Shown piece by piece: positions 25,618 through 34,321 of a stretch of 64,000 nt of DNA. Positions within the stretch are counted from its first letter, which is position 1; every line of letters begins with the position of its first letter. The notes beneath the pieces are model-generated. The model saw only the letters and a program-made list of their open reading frames with translations. It made no database searches and was not told the origin of the DNA. The position numbers and the translations under genes are program-made. Origin of the DNA: an uncultured Chlamydiales bacterium. Lineage in GTDB: Bacteria > Chlamydiota > Chlamydiia > Chlamydiales > Rhabdochlamydiaceae. The stretch lies in the NCBI GenBank assembly GCA_963700985.1, contig OY969554.1:1280001-1344000 (forward strand), written 5' to 3'.

Positions 25618-26934
25618 CTATTTAATTGTGATATTGGCGGAAGCGCTTTCATTGCCTACAGCGTTGAAAGCAGTAACTGAATAGAGCGTTGTCACCCCTT
25701 TCCTTCTGTCGTGATCCCTATACTTAAATGTAGAAGCATCTAAAGTAGCTATTTTAACGCCATCGCGATAGACGAAATAGCCAGCCACTGCACTAGATGG
25801 ACTTGCAGTCCACTGCAGTAGATTGAATCGTTCGTATACTAAACCAAAATCATTCTTTTTTTGATGGCCTGTGAGATTTTGTGGCGGTAACAATAGAGAG
25901 GGAGTGATCGCACAGGCATTGGGGCTAATCGCAATTGCGTCGGGCCCGCTGCCCACACCAATTGATCCTATGACCGTATTGGATGCCGTGCTTATTACTG
26001 AAACGTTGTTACTATCAGTATTAGCTACATAGGCAAACTCTCCGTCAGGGGTAATCGCAATTGCGTCGGACCCGCTACCCACACCAATTGGAGATCCTAC
26101 GACCATATTGGTACTCGTGTTTATTACTGAGACGGTCCCATCACCAGCATTAGCCACATAGGCAAACGCTCCGTTGGGGGTAATTGCAATTGCTTCGGGC
26201 CCGCTACCCACATTAATTGGAGATCCTACGACTGTATTGGTACTCGTGTTTATTACTGAGACGGTCCCATCACCAGCATTAGCCACATAGGCAAACTCTC
26301 CGTTAGAAGTAATCGCAATTGCAATTGCTGTGGGCGCGAGACCCACATTAATTGGAGATCCTACGACTGTATTGGTACTCGTGTCTATTACTGAGACAGT
26401 TCCACTACTAAAATTAACCACATAGGCAAACGCTCCGTTGGGGGTAATCGCAATTGCTGCGGGCACAGAACCCACACCAATTGGAGATCCTACAACTGTA
26501 TTGGACGTCGTGCTTATTACTGAGACGGTCCCATCTGAGTTAGTCACATAGGCAAACTCTCCGTTAGGAGTAATCGCAATTGCTGTGGGCGTGAAACCCA
26601 CACCGATTGAAGATACTACGACCATGTTGGAAGCCGTGTTTATTACTGAGACGGTGTTATCACCAGGGTTGGCCACATAGGCAAACTCTCCGTTAGGGGT
26701 AATCGCAATTGCATCGGGCCTGCTACCCACACCAATTGGAGATCCTACGACCGTATTGGACGTCGTATCGATCATAGAGACAGTGTTATCATCACTATTA
26801 GCCACATACGCACAGTATGCAAAGCCTTGGGTAACAGAAGTGGTTAGAACGACAAGTAGTATTGGAATAGCATAATAAAGAGACAGGTTTTTCACTTTAT
26901 CCCAGGTTTCACCTATGGTGGTTTTTTTTCTCAT
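25618..26934 (-). CDS. YVTN/YncE 7-bladed beta-propeller with C-terminal Fn3-like domain
   Basis: Seven AYV(A/T/V)N...VSVIxTxxNxV...PxAIAITPxG repeats; C-terminal LxW...GYFVYRDG...YSVTAFNAVGNES. Confidence 0.88.
   Translation of the reverse strand: MRKKTTIGETWDKVKNLSLYYAIPILLVVLTTSVTQGFAYCAYVANSDDNTVSMIDTTSNTVVGSPIGVGSRPDAIAITPNGEFAYVANPGDNTVSVINTASNMVVVSSIGVGFTPTAIAITPNGEFAYVTNSDGTVSVISTTSNTVVGSPIGVGSVPAAIAITPNGAFAYVVNFSSGTVSVIDTSTNTVVGSPINVGLAPTAIAIAITSNGEFAYVANAGDGTVSVINTSTNTVVGSPINVGSGPEAIAITPNGAFAYVANAGDGTVSVINTSTNMVVGSPIGVGSGSDAIAITPDGEFAYVANTDSNNVSVISTASNTVIGSIGVGSGPDAIAISPNACAITPSLLLPPQNLTGHQKKNDFGLVYERFNLLQWTASPSSAVAGYFVYRDGVKIATLDASTFKYRDHDRRKGVTTLYSVTAFNAVGNESASANITIK
25920..26815 (-). 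repeat. Seven intragenic repeats of about 129 bp
   Basis: Recurrent cacataggcaaac(t/g)ctccgtt, aattggagatcctac, ttattactgagacggt blocks. Confidence 0.9.
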
Positions 26935-27255
26935 AACGAACTTCCTGTATGTAGATCGAAAATAAATGAAGACCGTAAACTGTAAATTTTTTTCTGTAAA
27001 TAAATGTTCTTAATTTTTTTGGGTCGATCGATTTCATAAAAAAAACACTTGCTTTCCTGTGCCCTGAATATAGGCTAAAGCTTCTCAGCATGGCTTGAAT
27101 ATATAGAAACTTTTTTCATGCGATGGCCCTAATCCCAATCAGACAAATTCCATACAAATAAAATTATAGTTATGACCTTTGTAGTGAAAAAACCTCCCAT
27201 GATAAGCTATTCTATGAGAAAATGGTCTGAATAGAAAAAGACAGCCAAAGTTTAT

Positions 27256-27915
27256 ATGAAAAAATTGATTCAAGGGATCGTCGATTTTAGAAAGAGCCTT
27301 ACACCAGAGAGCCGCGCGCTCTTTGCTAAGCTGGCTCTGGGACAAAAACCCGACACGCTGTTTATCGCCTGTTCGGATAGCCGTGTAGTGCCAAATCTTT
27401 TTGCTTCCACCAATCCGGGAGATCTATTCGTCTTGCGAAACATCGGAAACCTCGTGCCCCCGGTTGACGCACCTGCCCAAGACAATAGCGCATCGGCTGT
27501 GATCGAGTTTGCGGTCTTTTCTCTAAATGTTTCTGATATTATCGTATGCGGCCACTCTGAATGCGGCGCGATGCAAGCCCTATCCCAAGGCATAGATACT
27601 CTTTGCTGTCCCCACGTTGAATCCTGGCTAAAGCATGGAGAAGAAGCCCTTAACAAGGTAAGAGATGGGTTTGTAATCGATCCTTTACTTTCTGAAACTA
27701 ACCAGATCTCTCAAGTGAATGTGCTCCAACAGATAGAGCACATCAAAAGCTATCCTTTTATCCGTGAACGTATCGAAAAAAAGCAGCTGCGCGTGCATGG
27801 CTGGTGGTTTGATATCGCACAAGCCGATGTTTACTGCTACGAGCCAGAGCTGCATCAATTCGTCTTAATCGACGGAGAAGAAGCCGCGCTCATCTTACAA
27901 GCTACAACACGTTAA
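27256..27915 (+). CDS. Beta-class carbonic anhydrase
   Basis: CSDSRV, RNIGN, CGHSECGA. Confidence 0.95.
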   Translation: MKKLIQGIVDFRKSLTPESRALFAKLALGQKPDTLFIACSDSRVVPNLFASTNPGDLFVLRNIGNLVPPVDAPAQDNSASAVIEFAVFSLNVSDIIVCGHSECGAMQALSQGIDTLCCPHVESWLKHGEEALNKVRDGFVIDPLLSETNQISQVNVLQQIEHIKSYPFIRERIEKKQLRVHGWWFDIAQADVYCYEPELHQFVLIDGEEAALILQATTR

Positions 27916-27920
27916 TTCTT

Positions 27921-29114
27921 TTACGCCAAATAAATGGCAGCAGAGCCTGCAAAAGCCAAAAACACCGGCATCTTCACCATACGATATCCGTACAAAGCGT
28001 GAAAAAGGTTCAATAGCGTCAGTAAAATCAAGCCAGGATAGACCACTTGAACGATTGGGCCTAAAAAGGCAGCAATGCCTCCAAATCCCAAATTCGCAAA
28101 GAGAGTGGTGACAATTAGTGTCAGAACTAAAGCCCATGTAGGACTGATTTTTTCTTTACACAGATCTTTCCGCAAATAATCTGCAAAAATCGAAACAAGT
28201 GTCATGGCTGTTGTTAAGCAAGCCACAATAACAGCCACCGCAGCTATGCAGCCTCCAACAGGACCCAATAACATAACTGCAATGGCATTGAGCATCTGTT
28301 CGGGTGGAGAAGCGGGATCTAAGGCCCCGCTATGATGCGCAGAGATCAGGCAGAGGCCCACATAAGTCAAAAACAGCAGAAAGGCCGCAATCAGACTCGA
28401 AAAGAGCATCTTTTTCAAGAGCGAACGCCTTCTTTGTGCTGGATGTTCTAATTCAGTTTCTTTTTGGAAGTGAGGAAGCACCACTGAAGCAAAAAGAAAA
28501 GCGGCGATCAAGTCCATCATGTTGTATCCACCGAGCAACCCCTGTAAAAAACTCTCGGATGCAGGAACTGCTGAAACATTTAATGAAGAGCTATGTGTCA
28601 GACCCATGAATACTAAGGCCGCAAGCGAAAGCAAAAGAATAGGCGTTAAAATCGCCCCTAGAAAACCGATCAATCGATGGCGCTTGAAACTGCAGCCAAA
28701 AATAATAATCGCAGCGAGAATACTGAAGAGCATCAAAGGAATATTGAATAGATAAGGGCCAGCTGTTGCATGCATGAGCGTAATCAGCCGAGGGATCACT
28801 CCTAGCGGTCCGAGAATGAGCTGCAACAGCAAAAGCAGAAGCAACCCAGGAGTTTTCCCAACACGTCCAAAAAAGCGCTGATAATCAGCCTCAAATAGAA
28901 CCATCGCAGCCAACCCAAGAAAAGGCACCAGTACCGCAGTTAGCCCAAGACCACAAATAGCAAACCAGACATTACCTTCTACCGCTTTACCAATTAGAAG
29001 AGGGAATATTAAATTCCCTGCCCCGAAAAACATCGAGAACAGTGCAAGTCCCGTTGTAAATAGGCTAGAGATCCCTGTTTTTTGTGCCGGCAATGATTGC
29101 TGCTGTATTGACAT
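27921..29114 (-). CDS. brnQ: Branched-chain amino acid transporter BrnQ
   Basis: GLALFSMFFGAGNLIFP, IPR, GYNMMD, ACLTTA, YP. Confidence 0.92.
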   Translation of the reverse strand: MSIQQQSLPAQKTGISSLFTTGLALFSMFFGAGNLIFPLLIGKAVEGNVWFAICGLGLTAVLVPFLGLAAMVLFEADYQRFFGRVGKTPGLLLLLLLQLILGPLGVIPRLITLMHATAGPYLFNIPLMLFSILAAIIIFGCSFKRHRLIGFLGAILTPILLLSLAALVFMGLTHSSSLNVSAVPASESFLQGLLGGYNMMDLIAAFLFASVVLPHFQKETELEHPAQRRRSLLKKMLFSSLIAAFLLFLTYVGLCLISAHHSGALDPASPPEQMLNAIAVMLLGPVGGCIAAVAVIVACLTTAMTLVSIFADYLRKDLCKEKISPTWALVLTLIVTTLFANLGFGGIAAFLGPIVQVVYPGLILLTLLNLFHALYGYRMVKMPVFLAFAGSAAIYLA

Positions 29115-29371
29115 AGCTATTCCCTAATCTTGGTTTGCACTTCTTGCCCATTTAAGGCTTTGATCTCTGAGAGTCTGGAGGAGAAAAAAGATGTGGCGGG
29201 TAAGAAGTGCTAGTTTTAAGTGCGCATGCGCGCGACCGTCACCGCTTGCCCGCTTGAGGCAAGCGCAGAATCTGAGCCGAAGGATCTAGATTCAATGTGA
29301 CAGTTCATTTTTTAGCACCCCGCCAAATAATTGGCATAGCCAGTTTACAAGGACATTGCTTTTCAGTGCAA
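29115..29371 (-). promoter_or_regulatory. brnQ promoter and structured leader with uORFs
   Basis: TTGCAC-N18-TAAACT (29371-29342); alternative helices among 29313-29325, 29194-29212 and 29137-29149; uORF MPIIWRGAKK. Confidence 0.5.
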
Positions 29372-29411
29372 TAGCCGCTTGATGACACCTTCATAGAAGA
29401 ATTTTTATATT

Positions 29412-30686
29412 CTAGCTACGAGCAGGACCTCTATTCAAAATCCGAATGGCTAAATACCCAGCCAGACTACCTGCAGCTAAAAAGTAGGGCAAAACAGATC
29501 TTTTAGGAGAGAGAGTCGCTGCTGAGCTCGCCTCTTTTACAGAAAGCTGAAGAGCCAGCTTGAACAGTCTGAACCAGTCTTCTTTGATTCCCAAACTCTT
29601 AAAGATAATTCTACGCTGCTCCTCTGTAACTGGAACGGACTTGAGGGCAGAAGCGGCCTTAACAAAATCCGACGCATTTGTAACCGATTGGCACAGACCG
29701 CCTCGCACGAGCACATCTTTAAAGGTCTCATGCCCAACTTGAAGAGTTGGAATGCCCGCTAAGGCAAATAGAGGCCCCATGCTCGTTTGATAGAATAACG
29801 CCCCATCTGCAACAACTTGCATCTCATCGGAGCTCTGATCGGAAATGACGATTGTCGGGGCACCTTTTGCATCACCACATTCTTTGATCCATGCTTCAAG
29901 TTGCATGCGATCGATATTTTTACCCTTAGCCCCCGGATGCTGCTGCAGCACAATCACAAACTTCGAGAGATCTGCAAGCTTCATGCCCTCAGAAAGAAAA
30001 GTGAGAAAGGCAGGAAAAGCCTTTGTGAAATACTCCTCATTATTCCCTCCAAAGTAGACCAGTGCCTTTTGCCCTCTTTCTTCTATCCCATGTTTAGAGA
30101 ATAGCTCTTTGCGCATTCTATCATGATCCGCAGCTCGTCTTGCTGCAATCCTGTCAGCTTGGGCAACCGGGTAATAGCCAATCCCAAAACGCTCTTTGAA
30201 AGGCAGAATTATTTCTTTATTGGGTTCTTGAAAAAGAGCTTCTCGCGCGAGATTTGCATTCGCAAAGAGAACGCGTTTTGCCAAGAGCATTACCTGAGCT
30301 GCTATGCTCGAATATCCACCTGGAACGTATGGCTCTGGATTATCATAAAAGGCTGCGCTTAACACTTCAGGCGCAATTTCTGCTAAAGCGTGTTGCAGAG
30401 CAATATCGAAATGGTGGCCCACATCTGTAAGCACCGCTGCGGCTTTAGTACATCTTTGAGCAATTTGTGCTGCTAATTCCGTCTCTTGTGCGTTGGTGAG
30501 ATTATCAGCATTAAACGACATCGCTACAGACATGTTGCGCTCTTGAAACTTTTTAAGCGCAGGACCCGAGGCATAGATCTCAACTTGGTAACCATCTCGG
30601 ATCAAGTTCTCGGCAAAGGTCGCAAAATGATCCGCCGGCCCTCCGTGGCAGGCAATTAAACAGACAGCAGCAGTAGTGAGTGACAT
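29412..30686 (-). CDS. Hypothetical protein, GT-B glycosyltransferase-like fold, C-terminal membrane anchor
   Basis: HGGPADHF N-terminal loop, VLQQHPG, QTSMG...ALAGIPTLQV; C-terminal hydrophobic helix plus basic tail. Confidence 0.55.
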   Translation of the reverse strand: MSLTTAAVCLIACHGGPADHFATFAENLIRDGYQVEIYASGPALKKFQERNMSVAMSFNADNLTNAQETELAAQIAQRCTKAAAVLTDVGHHFDIALQHALAEIAPEVLSAAFYDNPEPYVPGGYSSIAAQVMLLAKRVLFANANLAREALFQEPNKEIILPFKERFGIGYYPVAQADRIAARRAADHDRMRKELFSKHGIEERGQKALVYFGGNNEEYFTKAFPAFLTFLSEGMKLADLSKFVIVLQQHPGAKGKNIDRMQLEAWIKECGDAKGAPTIVISDQSSDEMQVVADGALFYQTSMGPLFALAGIPTLQVGHETFKDVLVRGGLCQSVTNASDFVKAASALKSVPVTEEQRRIIFKSLGIKEDWFRLFKLALQLSVKEASSAATLSPKRSVLPYFLAAGSLAGYLAIRILNRGPARS

Positions 30687-30859
30687 AAGTATCCAAGGCT
30701 AAAAAGTTGGCAGCTATTTTGCCTGTGTTCTTTCAAAGCGGCAATAGGATTTTCAGTTGTCCCGTGTTTGGGTACAACTAGATAAAATTTTATTTTCAGC
30801 GTTTTTAATACACAGATTAGGCCCCTCAGGAAGTTTTTAGGCTTCCAAGGGGCTTCAGG

Positions 30860-32134
30860 TTATAACCTGCTTCGAAGCATTGTATTCAAACTTGCTCGAG
30901 CGGCTACACCATTGGAGGGGATAGATAGAACCGCAGGATCTGCAGCACTTACGATTAAGTTTCCGCCTTCATCTTTTATTTTAATAAAACGATTAGATAG
31001 ATCGGCACCAGCAAACTCTGCATGCGACCCATCAAATGCGTCAAAGACCAATTTTCCTACATTTTGAGCCAAAACAACCGAGTCGCCCCAATGCAAAGCC
31101 ACATTTTGTGTATGCGGATCTTGGACAGTATATTCTCTACTTTCGTCAAAACCGATACAAAAATCCATTATCCCTGCTGAACCGGCTGAAATATGGATGG
31201 TGCTAGCTTTGTAAGTCACTCTATCTCCTGCGTCACTAACAAAATAGGGGCGTGTGCACTCTCCATGTGGCAAATACCTTTCTACCCTTGAAGTTCCTCG
31301 AATGACATGCCATCCAGCATGGGGGGTTACAGTAAAAGGAACATCTTTCTGATCATTATTTCCAGCTTCTCTCGTTGAACTTAAGTGGAATACACCCTGA
31401 ACAAATCTTTGTCGCTCTGTTACCACTCTAGGAGTTGTATATTGAAAAGTAATTCGACCTGGAGAGCTAGGAAGAGCGCCTATCTGAATTTTATATTGAG
31501 CAACTTCCGAGACTTTTTTTAGTCCCCACCATTCGCTTCTTTCCCATGGTAGGCTTAATTCCGCAGAGACTAAAGAACATTTCAAAGGATCCACACTTGT
31601 GGGTGGAAAAAGAACTGTGCTAGACACTGAAAAATCTAATTCTTGGGTCGTATTTTCTGAGGCTGCAAATTTTTGACCACCAATTGAAAGTAAGGGTTTA
31701 AATTGAGCAAGCGAGGAAAAAGGGAAATTACCAAAAAATTTAATAGAAACGTTATAGCTTTGCCTAGCTGGAACAATATATCTTGGACTTACATCTGTGA
31801 CTTGAGGTTGAAGCTGCGCAAAAGGCAAAGTATTGATGAGCTGCTGCACACGTGCGGCAATGGTTTTAAGCGCAATCTGATTTCTTTCTTGAACTTCTTG
31901 AACCATAGAAGATAGCTGATCTAATGTAGAACGCGCGGTACGATCAATCCTATCCATTGCCTCATTAAGGCTTTGAGAAAATGCATTCTTAGCATTTTCG
32001 ATAGCTATACTGACTTCTCTACCCGCTTCTACCTCTAGATTCAATCCCGCATTTTGCGCATCCAAAATGGCTTGTTGAACTTGATCTACAAGTTTGCCCA
32101 AGAAAATTCCAACTGTTGCTACTGCTGCTGCCAT
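30860..32134 (-). CDS. Hypothetical protein (helical N-terminus, beta-rich remainder)
   Basis: Long ORF; AGGAGG RBS before ATG 32134; hairpin downstream at about 30821-30853. Confidence 0.7.
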   Translation of the reverse strand: MAAAVATVGIFLGKLVDQVQQAILDAQNAGLNLEVEAGREVSIAIENAKNAFSQSLNEAMDRIDRTARSTLDQLSSMVQEVQERNQIALKTIAARVQQLINTLPFAQLQPQVTDVSPRYIVPARQSYNVSIKFFGNFPFSSLAQFKPLLSIGGQKFAASENTTQELDFSVSSTVLFPPTSVDPLKCSLVSAELSLPWERSEWWGLKKVSEVAQYKIQIGALPSSPGRITFQYTTPRVVTERQRFVQGVFHLSSTREAGNNDQKDVPFTVTPHAGWHVIRGTSRVERYLPHGECTRPYFVSDAGDRVTYKASTIHISAGSAGIMDFCIGFDESREYTVQDPHTQNVALHWGDSVVLAQNVGKLVFDAFDGSHAEFAGADLSNRFIKIKDEGGNLIVSAADPAVLSIPSNGVAARASLNTMLRSRL

Positions 32135-32237
32135 AACTACCTCCTTGTGTAGTATTAACAAAAAATTTTCTTATAATTGTTAATATTTGATCAAGAAATC
32201 ATTTACGGAAGCAGGGCATCTAGATGATAGGCGGGAC

Positions 32238-32675
32238 CTAGACAATTTCCAAAGAACCTTGAAAAGCCATAATGCCGATTTTTTCAATCAAAGAGCGAAT
32301 AGTCGGAAAAAGAGGGAAAGGAATGGCATCTCCTTCAAACCACTCCCAGCCTTCACACTTGGTAGGTTCCAAAAGCTGAAGTTCTCCTTCAAATTGGTCT
32401 ACAAACACAAAAATTGTGATGTAGTGTTTATCTCCTTCAATAACATTGCTTACCCATGGACCAAGTTGCACGGAAAGGGCTTTCAAGCCCGTCTCTTCTA
32501 GCAATTCTCGAGTAGCGCACTCTTCTATACTTTCTCCAAATTCAAGATGCCCACCCGCTGTGGACCAATCGCCAGCTCCATGCGCGCCTTTTCTCTTTCC
32601 TAGCAATACCTTGCCATTTTGTCTAACCACTACCCCTACGCCAACTTTGGGTCTTTTATCTCGATTGAATTCCAT
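32238..32675 (-). CDS. NUDIX hydrolase (NUDT15/MutT-like)
   Basis: PKVGVGV, GGHLEFGESIEECATRELLEETGL, EPTKCEGWEW. Confidence 0.92.
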   Translation of the reverse strand: MEFNRDKRPKVGVGVVVRQNGKVLLGKRKGAHGAGDWSTAGGHLEFGESIEECATRELLEETGLKALSVQLGPWVSNVIEGDKHYITIFVFVDQFEGELQLLEPTKCEGWEWFEGDAIPFPLFPTIRSLIEKIGIMAFQGSLEIV

Positions 32676-32909
32676 AATCCCTCAGCTTAAAAATGCGCAT
32701 TTTTGTGGATTGATATTGAAAGTATATTTTGCCCACACTTTTCCATGATGGCAATTGGATTTTCAACTGTACGATTTTCTCGTATAGTTGCCCCAGCATT
32801 TTTTAGTGGCCTGTGTAGAAAAATAAGCGGGGCCTAGAAAGCTGTTATTGATGAATATTTAATCCCTATTTATTCTCGATCTCTAAAAATTTCTTACTTG
32901 GAGTTCTAA

Positions 32910-33272
32910 ATGAAAAATTCCAGATTCAAAACCTTATCTAAAGCTGCCCGAAACGCTGGAATACAAAACAAGATGTTCGGGATCATCCGTGACGCCGGAT
33001 ATAAGGGATTATATGGTGGATTGGAAGTGGATGCGATCAAGGCTAGAAAAGGTATCCATCCCAAAGAGCAGCTCAGGGATAGAATGGGCGCGATTGAGCT
33101 TGCGGCCAGTCAATTTCGCATGACCCAAACCCGCGACAAGCTTACACAAGAAAACATCCGTAATCAAAAAGCTATAAATAAAACTCAAGAATCAGTAGGA
33201 AAAAAGGTCCGTGCAGCCATCATTAAGATTGGAGGCACCTTACCCGAAAATATCCCACCGGATGAGGCGTAA
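32910..33272 (+). pseudogene. dinD: DinD (DNA-damage-inducible protein D) C-terminal fragment
   Basis: DAGYKGLYGG, DRMGAIELAASQFRMTQT, VGKKVRAAIIKIGGTLPE; N-terminal half absent. Confidence 0.7.
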
Positions 33273-33293
33273 TTCAGCCTAAGGAAAAAGGTA

Positions 33294-33647
33294 CTATGAG
33301 TCGCTTTTTGCTTTTTGAAGTAGCGTCTTGAGCTGCTTTTGTAAAGATGGTAAATTTTTTTTCGTCGTATGCCAAAGAATTTTTGTATCAACGCCAAAAT
33401 ATTCATGGATCAATACATCACGCATTCCCTTCATCTCTTTCCAAGGAATATCGGAATAAGAACGTTGAACAGATGGAGGAATGCTTTTGCTTGCTTCCCC
33501 AATAATCTCGAAATTTCTTACTACCGCATCGATCACAAGCTCATTTTGTTTGAATTTGGCTAAGGTCAAGTCGTCTACATAACGTTCGATTTTCTCAATC
33601 GCTTTGAGAATATCTTGAACTCGAAATATCCACTGTCTAGAAGACAT
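33294..33647 (-). CDS. hepT: HEPN/DUF86 RNase toxin
   Basis: DAVVRNFEIIGEA, IPWKEMKGMRDVLIHEYFGVD (Rx4HxY). Confidence 0.9.
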   Translation of the reverse strand: MSSRQWIFRVQDILKAIEKIERYVDDLTLAKFKQNELVIDAVVRNFEIIGEASKSIPPSVQRSYSDIPWKEMKGMRDVLIHEYFGVDTKILWHTTKKNLPSLQKQLKTLLQKAKSDS

Positions 33648-33927
33648 TTTTTGCCTCAAGCAAGATTTTCTTTCTGAGGGCCGGATGCAGAGCGCTTTTG
33701 GTTACTAAATCAACATCTCGACGAAGAAGTTTTTCGAGATAGTTTTTAAGATCCATGAAACCAAAAAGTCCTTTTTTTGCATCAAAATCAACTAATATAT
33801 CGATATCGCTTCTGGCTGATGCCTTATTTCTGGCTACTGAGCCAAAAAGAGAAAGGGCGCGAACTCCCAAGCCTAGAAGATCTTTCTTATGAGCACTTAA
33901 GATCTTTTTTGCCTCTTTCAATAACAT
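33637..33927 (-). CDS. mntA: Minimal nucleotidyltransferase antitoxin
   Basis: FGSVAR...SDIDILV (GSx10DxD), VDLVT; overlaps hepT start. Confidence 0.9.
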   Translation of the reverse strand: MLLKEAKKILSAHKKDLLGLGVRALSLFGSVARNKASARSDIDILVDFDAKKGLFGFMDLKNYLEKLLRRDVDLVTKSALHPALRKKILLEAKNVF

Positions 33928-33988
33928 GTGAAGTTCCTTTTCCTTCCTTTTATCAACAAAGCTAATTTTATGTGCATAAGTAATAGTA

Positions 33989-34017
33989 AGTATAGCAGCG
34001 GTATGAAACTCTTGCAA
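33989..34017 (-). promoter_or_regulatory. Promoter of mntA-hepT
   Basis: TTGCAA-N17-TATACT with extended TGn. Confidence 0.6.
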
Positions 34018-34133
34018 CCCTCCCACTTCGACTACCCCTCTCCGGTTCGCTATCCGCTCACCTGCTCCTCACTGCAAAGGCCCACCGGGCCTTCTTCGTG
34101 TATCCGCAGCCAAACTTTTGGCTTGCTTTCGAG

Positions 34134-34168
34134 CAAAAAAAAACACCAGGCTAGGCCTGGTGCTTTTA
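34134..34168 (-). terminator. Intrinsic terminator after tRNA-Leu
   Basis: GCACCAGGC-cta-GCCTGGTGT followed by T run. Confidence 0.8.
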
Positions 34169-34170
34169 TT

Positions 34171-34253
34171 TGCTCGAAGGGGGAGTCGAACCCCCACGGG
34201 ATTGCTCCCAGGAGATTTTAAGTCTCCAGTGTCTACCATTCCACCATCCGAGC
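34171..34253 (-). tRNA. tRNA-Leu (TAA)
   Basis: GCTCGGATGGTGGAATGGTAGACAC...GGAGA-CTTAAAA-TCTCC, long variable arm, GGGGGTTCGACTCCCCCTTCGAGCA; CCA not encoded. Confidence 0.96.
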
Positions 34254-34281
34254 AAAAAACTCCCGCGTATTGCAGCGAGAG
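34254..34281 (-). terminator. Putative grgA terminator directly upstream of the tRNA
   Basis: CTCTCGC-tgcaatac-GCGGGAG followed by TTTTTT. Confidence 0.55.
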
Positions 34282-34321
34282 TTTACCTTTGAGGCAGAAA
34301 AAGTTTCAAGGAAAGATGCGC

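Noticed and set aside
25920-26815. CRISPR array
   Set aside because: Repeats are in-frame coding units without unique spacers; no cas genes.
26922-26929. A8 tract at the start of the propeller gene as a phase-variation switch
   Set aside because: A/T runs of this length are common throughout the window and the gene is in frame.
29190-29300. T-box or TPP riboswitch in the brnQ leader
   Set aside because: No TGGNACC T-box bulge and no CTGAGA/ACCTGA TPP core on the coding strand; reported instead as an unclassified switch.
1-34170. Prophage, IS element or integrase in the accessory region
   Set aside because: No transposase, integrase, phage structural gene or terminal repeat pair was recognised.
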